This document shows positions 8,212 through 16,913 of a DNA stretch of 32,000 bases, piece by piece. The DNA comes from an uncultured Opitutales bacterium. Its GTDB lineage: Bacteria; Verrucomicrobiota; Verrucomicrobiia; Opitutales; Intestinicryptomonadaceae. The notes beneath the pieces are model-generated. The model saw only the letters and a list, made by a program, of their open reading frames with translations, was not told the DNA's origin and searched no databases. Both the position numbers and the translations under genes were made by a program. The DNA lies in NCBI GenBank assembly GCA_934660865.1, contig CAKUIA010000014.1:1-32000 (forward strand), given 5' to 3'. Position 1 is the first letter of the stretch, and each line of letters starts with the position of its first letter.

Positions 8212-9366
8212 ATGTTTATGCAAGACAAACATTGCCGTTTTTGCGACAAAATGCGCGCTCCCTCTAAGCTGGGCTTGTATGTGCATGTGCCGTTTTGCGC
8301 AAACAGGTGCGACTATTGCGCTTTTTACAAGGAAACTTTAACGCCAAATTCTTTCGACGACTATCTATTGGGCGTAAAAACCGAGCTTTCGCTGTATAAA
8401 GATTTTGCGCCCGAAACGGTGTTTATTGGCGGCGGCACTCCCTCGTTTTTGCCCGAAAAAAAATTGGCTACCCTAATGGAAATTTTGCGCAAATACACGA
8501 AAAACGTGCGCGAATTTACGGTAGAAGTTTCGCCGCTATCCATAAACAGGCAAAAATTGGAAATTTTAAAAGAGGGCGGAGTTTCGAGAATTTCGGTGGG
8601 CATACAAAGTTTTAGCGAAAAGGTTTTGCAAACTTTGGGGCGCAAGGTTGCGGCAAAAAAGAACTACGAGGCTTTAGACTTAATTGCATCGGCAAATTTT
8701 GACAACTTTAATGCCGATTTTATTTTTGCGGTAGACGGCCAAACTACAAAAGATTTTGCGCGCGACATAGAAATTGCCGCAGAATACCCCCTAAACCACA
8801 TTAGCGCATACTGCATAGAATACGAAAGCAAAACCCCGCTTTGCGCAGGGCGCATTGCAACTTATGCCGACGAAGAAAGGGAGGCCGATTTTGTTGAGTT
8901 TGCGGCCTTGTGCCTAAACGAACACGGTTTTTACCGCTACGAAATTTCGAATTACGCCAAAACGGGCTGCGAATGTGCGCACAATTTGGGCACCTGGAAT
9001 ATGTACGAATGGGTGGGGGTTGCAAGCGGGGCGGCAAGCCAATATAACAACATACGTTCAAAGAACATAGAAAATTTAAAGCTTTGGTGCAACGCCCTAA
9101 AAACGGGGCAAAACTTTAAGCAGGAAAGCGAAGAAATAGACGATAACGAGCTCTTTTTGTCGGCCATAATTTTCGGGCTAAGAATGGTGCGCGGCGTCGA
9201 TTTAAACGAGCTGGCAAAACGCTTTCCATTGGCCGACGCAAAAAAATATATGCCCGCAATATCCGACATAGTTGCCGAAAATTTGGCGACTTTGCAAAAC
9301 GGCAACTTAAGGCTGACAAAAAAGGGTCTTTTGCTTGCCGACGCCGTTGCATTGCGCTTTTGCTGA
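8212..9366 (+). CDS. hemW: Radical SAM HemW/HemN-like protein (heme chaperone / coproporphyrinogen III oxidase family)
   Basis: LGLYVHVPFCANRCDYCAF carries the CxxxCxxC radical-SAM cluster motif, followed by FIGGGTPS and a HemN_C-like C-terminus. The start is ambiguous. ATG 8212 gives 384 aa, while ATG 8251 (MRAPSKLGLYVHVPFC) matches typical HemW N-termini better. Confidence 0.85.
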   Translation: MFMQDKHCRFCDKMRAPSKLGLYVHVPFCANRCDYCAFYKETLTPNSFDDYLLGVKTELSLYKDFAPETVFIGGGTPSFLPEKKLATLMEILRKYTKNVREFTVEVSPLSINRQKLEILKEGGVSRISVGIQSFSEKVLQTLGRKVAAKKNYEALDLIASANFDNFNADFIFAVDGQTTKDFARDIEIAAEYPLNHISAYCIEYESKTPLCAGRIATYADEEREADFVEFAALCLNEHGFYRYEISNYAKTGCECAHNLGTWNMYEWVGVASGAASQYNNIRSKNIENLKLWCNALKTGQNFKQESEEIDDNELFLSAIIFGLRMVRGVDLNELAKRFPLADAKKYMPAISDIVAENLATLQNGNLRLTKKGLLLADAVALRFC

Positions 9367-9502
9367 AATTTTATACAATTTTGTTTAAAAGGGTGTTTTT
9401 TTGCAAAAAAGCGGGCTTTGGTGGGTCTATTGCGCAAAATATGTTTGCGTTTTTTATAAGACGCTTTTTAATGGGTGTCTTTAATTTTTACTTATCGAAG
9501 GT

Positions 9503-11101
9503 ATGAAAAAAATATTAGTAGCAGATCCAATATCGCCAAAAGGCGTTGAACTCCTCAAACAACAAGAGGGCTTTGAAGTAATAGAAGCGTACGGCTCTTC
9601 TCCCGAAAAGGTCAAAGAACTCATTAAAGACGCAAGTGCTGTAATAGTACGCTCAGAAACGAAGATTACCTCCGATATATTGTCTGCGGCAAAAGAACTT
9701 AAGGCCGTAGGCAGGGCGGGTGTTGGCGTAGACAATATCGACTTGAAAGCCGCAACCGAAAACGGCGTTGTTGTAATGAACACCCCCACGGGCAACACGA
9801 TTTCGACGGCCGAATTAACCTTCACCCACATTCTTTGCGGCGCAAGGCCCATTCCCCAGGCAAACGCCTCCATTCAGGCCGGCGTATGGGACAGAAAAAG
9901 CTTTAAAGGCACGGAACTAAACAAGAAAACCCTGTCGATTTTGGGTATGGGCCGCATTGGTTCCGAATTGGCCAAAAGGGCAAAGGCTTTCGGAATGGAA
10001 GTTTTAGGCTACGACCCATTCCTTACCGAAGCCCGCGCAAAGAGCATTGGAGTGGAAATGGTAACTTTGGAAGACGCCCTTAAAAGAGCGGACTTTATTA
10101 CCGTTCATATGCCCTTGACGGACGCCACAAAATATATGCTCGACGAAAAAGCCTTTGAAATTATGAAGAAGGGCGTAAGGGTATTCAACTGCGCAAGAGG
10201 CGGCATTATTAAGGAAAGCGCATTGTTGGACGCATTAAAGAGCGGCAAAGTTGCCTCGGCGGGTCTCGACGTTTACGAAAACGAACCCCTTACAAAAGAC
10301 AGCCCCCTTTTGGGCATAAAGAACTTGGTTCTTACCCCCCACTTGGGCGCGTCTACAAAAGAAGCCCAGGAAACTTGCGGCATTCAGGTTGCAGAACTTA
10401 TTAAAGACATTCTTACAACAGGTTCTATTAGCAGCTCGGTTAACACGCCTTGTGCCGATGCCGAAACCCTTAAAAAGTACGCTCCCTATTTAAACTTGGC
10501 AAACAAGCTCGGTTCCTTGCTGCAGCAAATTTGCTCGGAAAGGGTTTCGAAGCTCGTTATAAGGTTCTTCGGCAAGCTCGCCGAAGGCAACAACACCCTT
10601 ATTTCGTTGGCGGTGCAAAAGGGCTATCTCGAAAAGATTAGCGACTCGGTAAACGACGTTAACGCCCCAGGCAAACTTAAAAGGCTTGGCATTGGCGTAG
10701 AAGTTCTTAAAAGCACTGTCGATACCGACTATGCCGAACTTATAGAGGTGGACGCCCAATGCGAAAACGGCGAAGTTTACTGCGTTGGCGGCACAATTAT
10801 GGGCAAAACGGGCGAACCTAAGATTGTTTATGTAAACGGTCAAGACGTTGAAGTTGTACCCCAAAACTGCCTCTTGCTTTTGCAGAACGAAGACGTTCCC
10901 GGCATTGTGGGCACAATAGGCTCGTTGTTGGGCAAGCACGGCTGCAACATTGCAAACCTTACCGTAAGCCGCATTTCGGGCACGCAAAAAGCCCTTAGCG
11001 TTTACGAGCTCGACGAAGTTCCCACCGACGAAATGGTTAAGGAATTGTTGGCGCTCGACAGCGTAAGCAAGGTTAAGGTTGTAGACTTTACCAACAAGTA
11101 A
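9503..11101 (+). CDS. serA: D-3-phosphoglycerate dehydrogenase, long form with C-terminal ACT domain
   Basis: 532 aa. NAD-binding motif GMGRIGSELAKRA; catalytic region CARGGIIKE...LTPHLGAST; C-terminal LLQNEDVPGIVGTIGSLLGKHGCNIANL is ACT-like. Confidence 0.92.
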   Translation: MKKILVADPISPKGVELLKQQEGFEVIEAYGSSPEKVKELIKDASAVIVRSETKITSDILSAAKELKAVGRAGVGVDNIDLKAATENGVVVMNTPTGNTISTAELTFTHILCGARPIPQANASIQAGVWDRKSFKGTELNKKTLSILGMGRIGSELAKRAKAFGMEVLGYDPFLTEARAKSIGVEMVTLEDALKRADFITVHMPLTDATKYMLDEKAFEIMKKGVRVFNCARGGIIKESALLDALKSGKVASAGLDVYENEPLTKDSPLLGIKNLVLTPHLGASTKEAQETCGIQVAELIKDILTTGSISSSVNTPCADAETLKKYAPYLNLANKLGSLLQQICSERVSKLVIRFFGKLAEGNNTLISLAVQKGYLEKISDSVNDVNAPGKLKRLGIGVEVLKSTVDTDYAELIEVDAQCENGEVYCVGGTIMGKTGEPKIVYVNGQDVEVVPQNCLLLLQNEDVPGIVGTIGSLLGKHGCNIANLTVSRISGTQKALSVYELDEVPTDEMVKELLALDSVSKVKVVDFTNK

Positions 11102-11727
11102 TGTCTATTTTATATCTATTTATAAGCCTGGCCGTAGGCTATTTATTGGGGGCAATTCCGTTTGCCGTAATAATAGCCTCGGCCAAAGGCGTAGATATTT
11201 TAAGCTACGGAAGCGGCAACCCAGGGGCCACAAACGTAAAGCGCGCATGCGGCACATTTGCAGGCAGGCTGTGTTTTGTTTGCGATGCCTTAAAGGGCTT
11301 TATTGCCGCTTTTTGGCCGTATGCCGTAGCATATTTTGGCGGCACTTTTGCGGGAATTGCACCCGTAAATATGGCCTTGGTGGGGCTTGTCGGCGCAATA
11401 ATAGGGCACACTTTTTCGGTGTTCCTAAAATTTAAGGGCGGCAAGGGCGTTTCGGTTACAATAGGTGCCTTGTGCGCGGTTTTGCCGTATCCCATATTGA
11501 TAGGGCTAATTCTTTGGCTTATATTCTTTTATTCTTCGAAAATGGTTTCGCTGGCGTCTATTGCAATGGCGTTTTCGCTGCCCTTTAGCTGCATATATTT
11601 CTACGGAATAAGCACTTCGCAGTTTTACGTTGCGTTGGCACTTGGCGCGTTTGTAATATACAGGCACAAATCCAACATAAAAAGAATCTTAAACGGAACC
11701 GAATATAAATTTACAAAAAAGCAATGA
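11101..11727 (+). CDS. plsY: Glycerol-3-phosphate acyltransferase PlsY (acyl-phosphate dependent)
   Basis: 208-aa polytopic protein with SGNPGATNV and HTFSVFLKFKGGKGV motifs. Its ATG shares one nucleotide with the serA stop (TAATG). Confidence 0.92.
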   Translation: MSILYLFISLAVGYLLGAIPFAVIIASAKGVDILSYGSGNPGATNVKRACGTFAGRLCFVCDALKGFIAAFWPYAVAYFGGTFAGIAPVNMALVGLVGAIIGHTFSVFLKFKGGKGVSVTIGALCAVLPYPILIGLILWLIFFYSSKMVSLASIAMAFSLPFSCIYFYGISTSQFYVALALGAFVIYRHKSNIKRILNGTEYKFTKKQ

Positions 11728-13019
11728 GCAAAATCTACAAAATAGGCTTTTTGGGCTTTGGCACGGTAGCGGGCGGTGTGTATAAGCATTTAACCGCAAA
11801 CTTTTCGGATATGTGCGCAAAGTTCGGCGCAAAGTTCGAAATAGGCAAAGTTTGCGTGCGCGACATAAACAAACCGCGCACCATAGACATAGACAAAGCC
11901 AAACTTACCGAAAACCCCTACGACATTGTAGACGACCCCGAAATAGACATTGTTTGCGAGCTTATGGGCGGCATAGAACCGGCTTTCGAGCTTACAATGC
12001 GCGCCTTTAAAAACGGCAAAGTTGTTGTCAGCGCAAACAAGGCCGTAATTAGCAACAAGGGCAAAGAACTTTTGCAGGAGGCCAAAAAGCACAATGTTGC
12101 CTACTTTTTTGAGGCCAGCGTAGCGGGCGGCATTCCCGTAATCAAGGCTTTAAGAGAGGGGCTTATTGCAAACCGTTTCCCGATGATTTACGGGATATTA
12201 AACGGAACTTGCAACTACATTCTTACCAGAATGGAGCGCGAAAACGCCTCTTATGCCGCAATCATTAAAGACGCGCGCAAGCTCGGCTATGTGGAAGCCG
12301 ACGAGTCTTTGGACATAGACGGCATAGACGCCGCCCATAAAATCAGCATATTGGCATATTTGGCGCACGGGGTTTGGATTCCCCTAAACAAAATGCTGGT
12401 AAGGGGCATACGCGGAATCAGGCTAGAAGATATGATTTGGGCAAGGGATTTCGACTGCAGGGTAAAGCTTATCGCTTCGGTTCGCAAAATTCCCGAAAGC
12501 GGCGCGCTTTTTGCTTCGGTATATCCGGCGCTACTGCCTTTAAGCGACGCAGTTGCAAATGTAAACGATGTCTTTAACGCCGTTTCCATTGAAGGCGATG
12601 TTGTAGGCCGCACAATATACATTGGCAGGGGCGCGGGGCAAGACGCAACCGCAAGCGCGGTTATTGCCGACATTGCCGACGCCGTAAGGTATTTAATGGG
12701 TGCTCCCCTAATTGCAACAAAAGACGACGTTCCTTTAAAATTGGCCCAGTTGCACGAAGTTTCGGGCGAATTTTACCTTAGAATAGAAGTTCAAGACAAA
12801 GCCGGCGTGCTTGCCTCTTTGGCTTCTATTTTGGCCTGCGAGCAAATTTCGATAGAGCAGCTTCAGCAGCGCAAACACGAAACCGCCGGTAGGGCTTGGG
12901 TTGTGCTAACAACGCACAAGACCGACGAAGGCTCCATCAAAAAAGTTTGCGCCGCCCTTAAAAAAGCCCCGTTTGTATATTCCGAACCTTTTGTTTTAAG
13001 GATATTTTCGGGCAAATAA
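11724..13019 (+). CDS. hom: Homoserine dehydrogenase with C-terminal ACT domain
   Basis: 431 aa. N-terminal GFLGFGTVAGGV Rossmann motif; VVSANKAVIS, ILNGTCNYILTRM and EADESLDIDGIDAAHKISILA motifs; ACT-like YLRIEVQDKAGVLASLASIL. The start overlaps the plsY stop by 4 nt (ATGA). Confidence 0.92.
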   Translation: MSKIYKIGFLGFGTVAGGVYKHLTANFSDMCAKFGAKFEIGKVCVRDINKPRTIDIDKAKLTENPYDIVDDPEIDIVCELMGGIEPAFELTMRAFKNGKVVVSANKAVISNKGKELLQEAKKHNVAYFFEASVAGGIPVIKALREGLIANRFPMIYGILNGTCNYILTRMERENASYAAIIKDARKLGYVEADESLDIDGIDAAHKISILAYLAHGVWIPLNKMLVRGIRGIRLEDMIWARDFDCRVKLIASVRKIPESGALFASVYPALLPLSDAVANVNDVFNAVSIEGDVVGRTIYIGRGAGQDATASAVIADIADAVRYLMGAPLIATKDDVPLKLAQLHEVSGEFYLRIEVQDKAGVLASLASILACEQISIEQLQQRKHETAGRAWVVLTTHKTDEGSIKKVCAALKKAPFVYSEPFVLRIFSGK

Positions 13020-13041
13020 ATTTTTGTTTTGCAATTAAAAT

Positions 13042-13079
13042 GCGGCAAATTCGCTAAAACGGGTTTGCCGCTTTTTTTA
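13042..13079 (+). terminator. Intrinsic terminator after hom
   Basis: gcggcaaa(ttcg)...(cggg)tttgccgc stem followed by ttttttt. Confidence 0.7.
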
Positions 13080-13127
13080 TATTTTTTTTGACAATGGCTT
13101 TATTTTTGTGTAGGTTTTCCTGTGTTT

Positions 13128-15806
13128 ATGAAAAACATTATTGTATATATGTGGTTATTGTCTTGCTTTGTGTTGGTTTCGTGCAAAAGCGAAGAACTTA
13201 CAGGCAAGGTTGAATGTTCAGACAATGGGGTACCCCAGCTTAAAATAAACGGCAAGGTCGAACGCCCGCGAATGCTTTATGTTTCGCCTTTGTATTACAC
13301 TTCGGGCAGGGGCAACAACGAAACAAAACTTACAAGCCAATTCAAAGACATTTCTTTCGACTGCGCAAAATTGTACAACAGCACAAATTCGGCAATATTC
13401 CAGTTTGTTGCGGGCGACAACCCAATGGAATATTACATTTCCAAATTCGAGATTGTAGACAAAGATTCGGGCGAAAAAACTGTAGACATAAAATTCGACG
13501 GCAAAGCCTGCGACACAAGGATAGCCTTTAAGTGCGACGATGTTTCCGCAAAGCCAAAAGTAGAGCTTAAAAACGTTGTTATAGACGGCGAAAAGGCGCT
13601 AAAAGTTGCCCTGCTTGAAAAGGCCGAAAACGTAAAACTTTTTCAGGTATATATTCCAAACATAAAGCTTGGGTTGTTTAAAAACTACCGCGTAAATATG
13701 CGCGTAAGGGCCGGCAAAAATTCCGAAAACCTTAATTTTAAATACACTTTGCTAGACAACCGCGGCGGGCCAACCTATGTCCAATACGCGCCAATGGGCA
13801 AATCATATGTAAAAAGTCAGGTAAAATTTGCAAAGGAAAACGGCAATGTAGACATTATTACATTCCCCGTAAGGGCTATGGACTTTTATTTAAAGGAAGG
13901 GCAAACGCCCGACTATTCGCTTATGGACAGCGCCTTAAAAGACATAACCGATACAAATCCAGACGCGAAAATCATTATAAGGGCGTTGATGTATCCGTCG
14001 GAAATTTGGCTTGCCGAAAACCCCGACGACACTCAAACATTTGCAGACGGCACAAAAAGCACAAAATTTCCCTCTATTTCGTCGGAAAAATATAGACAAG
14101 AATCGAAAAAAGCTTTGGCAATGATAATAGATTTTGCCGAAAAGCACTACGGCAAAAATATGCTGGGCTACCATATTGGCGGCGGCAATTCGGCCGAATG
14201 GTTCTACGGCGATTCCTGGACAAAAAAGTGGCAAGGCTACGATAAATCCACAGAAAAAGCCTGGGTAAAATGGCTTAAAAAAACATATAAAAACGACCAA
14301 GCCCTGCAAAGGGCGTGGAACAACCCGTCTGCAAAGATTGCCGGGCAAAAAGTGCCAACCGTTGCCGAGCGCGAAGAGCCAAACTTTTTAATCAATCCAA
14401 AAACCCAAAAGAAAATTGCCGACTTTAACCGCTTTTGGAACGACGAAATGGTAGATACAGTTTCCTGCCTGGCAAGGGTTGTAAGGGAAAAAGTTCCCAA
14501 CAAGCTTAGCGTATTTTTCTACGGCTATGCGGGCGAATTTTCGCTTATGTATAACGGGGTGTCGTATTCGGGGCACTTGGGGCTTGGCAAATTCCTTAAA
14601 AACAAAGATGTTGATATGCTTACCGGGCCTATTTCCTACTTCGACAGAAGTTTCGGCGACGGCAAAACCACAATGGGCGCAACCGAAAGCGTAAGCAGGG
14701 CCGGCAAAATTTGGGTAGACGAAGACGACACTTCAACCTACCTAGCCCCCAAAACAAGCAAATATCCGGGCATGGAACCCGAAATAAACAATCTGGAAAA
14801 AACGCTTGATATTCTTTCGCGCAATATGGCGCAGGAAGCCATTCGCAACACGGGTTCGTGGTGGATGGACCTTACGGGAGCCGGCTGGTTTAACGACCCG
14901 AATATGTGGCAACAAAACGCCAAGTTCGACAAAATGGAGCGCGATATGCTTGCAAACCCCGCAATGTACAACCCCGAAGTTGCGCTTGTTTTCGACGAAA
15001 CTTCGGGCATGTATGGGGCAGCCCGCGGAACATCGCGCCTAATGACATTGGAATTTAGAATGGCCAGAGGCTCTTTAAACCGCATAGGTGCGCCGTTTGG
15101 GCACTATCTGCTAGACGACCTGCTTTTCGGCAAGCCAACAAATTCCAAGCTCGATATTTATGCGGTAGCCTACGCATTAAATGCAAAACAAAGAAACGCA
15201 ATAAAAGAGCGCGCAAAGAAAAACGCTTCGGTATTTGTTTGGGCGGCAGGCTACATAGATTTGGACAAATCCGAATTTTCGCTGGAGGCTATGAAAGACC
15301 TTACCGGCTTTGACTTTGAAGACATACAAGACGGCAAAACCCATGCGGTTGCCATTCCCACAAGCGACGGCAAAAAAATAGGCATAACAAAGCCGTTCGG
15401 CATAGGCGACGAGGGGTATTTCCCGACTCCTTTGCTTGCCCCGAAACTGCAAAAAGGCGATGTTGTTTTTGCAACCTATAAAAACGGTAAACCCGCCCTT
15501 GTGCTTAGGGGCAAAACCCTGTTTTGCGGAACTTCAAAAATTCCACATCAAATGTACAAAAAAATGGCGGAAATAGCGGGGGTTAAAACCTACACAAATT
15601 CGCCCGCCGCAGTTTACAAAAACGGCAACTACATTCTTATAACGCCAACCGAATTTGCAGACAAAGAGCTTCGCAATGTAGAAATTAACATACATTCCGA
15701 CAAAGACGTGTTCGACGCCATAACGGGCGAAAAACTCGGCAAAGGCCCGTTGTTGAAGTTTAAAATGCAAAAAGGGCAAAACAAAATCTTGCGCCTGGGC
15801 AACTAA
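13128..15806 (+). CDS. Putative secreted lipoprotein glycoside hydrolase, GH42-like architecture with N-terminal beta-sandwich region
   Basis: The track start at 13122 is a GTG, and I prefer the ATG at 13128. MKNIIVYMWLLSCFVLVSC is a lipoprotein signal. The central region AWVKWLKKTYKNDQALQRAWNNP, GYHIGGGNSAEWFY and MGATESV resembles the GH42 TIM-barrel motifs (xWLxxKYxxxxxLNxAW, NE acid/base, xES nucleophile). A trimerisation-domain-like segment follows (DIYAVAYALNAKQRNAIKERAKKNASVFVWAAGY). The family assignment is by eye only. Confidence 0.55.
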   Translation: MKNIIVYMWLLSCFVLVSCKSEELTGKVECSDNGVPQLKINGKVERPRMLYVSPLYYTSGRGNNETKLTSQFKDISFDCAKLYNSTNSAIFQFVAGDNPMEYYISKFEIVDKDSGEKTVDIKFDGKACDTRIAFKCDDVSAKPKVELKNVVIDGEKALKVALLEKAENVKLFQVYIPNIKLGLFKNYRVNMRVRAGKNSENLNFKYTLLDNRGGPTYVQYAPMGKSYVKSQVKFAKENGNVDIITFPVRAMDFYLKEGQTPDYSLMDSALKDITDTNPDAKIIIRALMYPSEIWLAENPDDTQTFADGTKSTKFPSISSEKYRQESKKALAMIIDFAEKHYGKNMLGYHIGGGNSAEWFYGDSWTKKWQGYDKSTEKAWVKWLKKTYKNDQALQRAWNNPSAKIAGQKVPTVAEREEPNFLINPKTQKKIADFNRFWNDEMVDTVSCLARVVREKVPNKLSVFFYGYAGEFSLMYNGVSYSGHLGLGKFLKNKDVDMLTGPISYFDRSFGDGKTTMGATESVSRAGKIWVDEDDTSTYLAPKTSKYPGMEPEINNLEKTLDILSRNMAQEAIRNTGSWWMDLTGAGWFNDPNMWQQNAKFDKMERDMLANPAMYNPEVALVFDETSGMYGAARGTSRLMTLEFRMARGSLNRIGAPFGHYLLDDLLFGKPTNSKLDIYAVAYALNAKQRNAIKERAKKNASVFVWAAGYIDLDKSEFSLEAMKDLTGFDFEDIQDGKTHAVAIPTSDGKKIGITKPFGIGDEGYFPTPLLAPKLQKGDVVFATYKNGKPALVLRGKTLFCGTSKIPHQMYKKMAEIAGVKTYTNSPAAVYKNGNYILITPTEFADKELRNVEINIHSDKDVFDAITGEKLGKGPLLKFKMQKGQNKILRLGN

Positions 15807-15838
15807 ACAAATATTTTAGATAAGACATTTTTATTATT

Positions 15839-16735
15839 ATGGAAAAATTAGCCGTGTTTTTTTCGGTTTTGCTTGCGGCGTTTTTGCTGCAGGCAAAAGA
15901 GATTAAACTGCTTACGATAGGCAACAGCTTTGCCGACAGCGCCTTTGTGTTTTTGCCCAAAGTTGCCTCTTCGGTAGAGGGCTGCTCTATTGTCATGGAA
16001 AGGGCAAACCACGGGGGCTGCGAGCTTTCGCGCCATTGGCGTTATATTTCCGAAGAAGAGGCCGATTCTTCGGTAAAAAACTACAACAAGCGCACTTTAA
16101 GGGAAATCTTAAATTCCAGAAAGTGGGACTTTATTACAATCCAGCAGGCAAGCCATGAAAGCTGGAAGGCCGAAAGCTACCAGCCCTATGCAAACAACAT
16201 AATCGCTTATGTAAACAAAAACGCGCCGTCTGCCGAAGTGTTGATTCAGCAAACGTGGTCGTATAGGCTAGATTCTCCGCGCTTTAAAAAGTGGGGCATA
16301 TCGCAAAGGGAAATGTACGAGCGCTTGACGGCGGCCTACATAAAACTTGCAAAAGAAACAAAGCTTAGGGTAATACCCACGGGCTATGCGGTTGAACTGG
16401 CAAGGGCAACCCAGGGCTACGAATTTAAGATGTACGACAAGGCGCTTCTTAAAACCCTAAAGTGGCCCGATTTGCCCAACCAAAGCGGCGACTTAGTCGG
16501 CCAAATGGCGTGGGACAAGGCAAAAAAAGGCTACCTATACATAAATGTCGACTCCATTCACCTTAACGACCGCGGCCGCTATTTGCAGGCGTGCGTATGG
16601 TTCGGCTTTATGTTCGAAAAAGACCCTCGTTTGATAAAGTATGTGCCAAAAAGCATTGCCGACAAAGACGCCGAGTTTTTAAGAAATGTTGCGTACACGG
16701 CTTTAAAAGATTTTAAGCAACCCCAAAACGACTAA
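15839..16735 (+). CDS. Secreted SGNH-like hydrolase, DUF4886-type (putative carbohydrate esterase)
   Basis: Signal peptide MEKLAVFFSVLLAAFLLQA. IKLLTIGNSFADSA is the block I-like motif typical of DUF4886, and the C-terminal DSIHLNDRGRYLQACVWF is a DxxH block. The gene starts 32 bp after the GH gene on the same strand. Confidence 0.7.
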   Translation: MEKLAVFFSVLLAAFLLQAKEIKLLTIGNSFADSAFVFLPKVASSVEGCSIVMERANHGGCELSRHWRYISEEEADSSVKNYNKRTLREILNSRKWDFITIQQASHESWKAESYQPYANNIIAYVNKNAPSAEVLIQQTWSYRLDSPRFKKWGISQREMYERLTAAYIKLAKETKLRVIPTGYAVELARATQGYEFKMYDKALLKTLKWPDLPNQSGDLVGQMAWDKAKKGYLYINVDSIHLNDRGRYLQACVWFGFMFEKDPRLIKYVPKSIADKDAEFLRNVAYTALKDFKQPQND

Positions 16736-16758
16736 TTTTTTTGCAATTTTCCATGCAA

Positions 16759-16792
16759 GGCTCCGTTAAAATCCAACGGGGCTTTTATTTTA
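16759..16792 (+). terminator. Intrinsic terminator after the esterase gene
   Basis: ggctccgtt-aaaatcc-aacggggc stem with one G-U pair, followed by ttttatttta. Confidence 0.65.
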
Positions 16793-16846
16793 TTTGCGGC
16801 GTATATAGGCTTGACTGAACAATGCTTTTAAACAAAATTTCACTAC

Positions 16847-16876
16847 AAAATGGTCGCATTGTTTTGCGGCCGTTTT
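16847..16876 (+). promoter_or_regulatory. Leader hairpin in the lysC 5' region (possible attenuator)
   Basis: aaaatggtcgca-ttgttt-tgcggccgtttt forms a 12-bp stem with two G-U pairs, about 40 nt upstream of the lysC ATG. The lysC RBS gaggaagg lies at 16894-16901. Confidence 0.3.
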
Positions 16877-16913
16877 AACACACACTTTTCCCAGAGGAAG
16901 GCATATATAAATT

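Noticed and set aside
8801-9437. Minus-strand ORFs of 86-161 aa across the 3' half of hemW
   Set aside because: They are antisense to the hemW-like gene and have no motifs. The 161-aa ORF extends into non-coding sequence past the hemW stop.
10490-10987. 165-aa minus-strand ORF within serA
   Set aside because: It is antisense to the conserved serA C-terminal and ACT region, with shadow-ORF composition.
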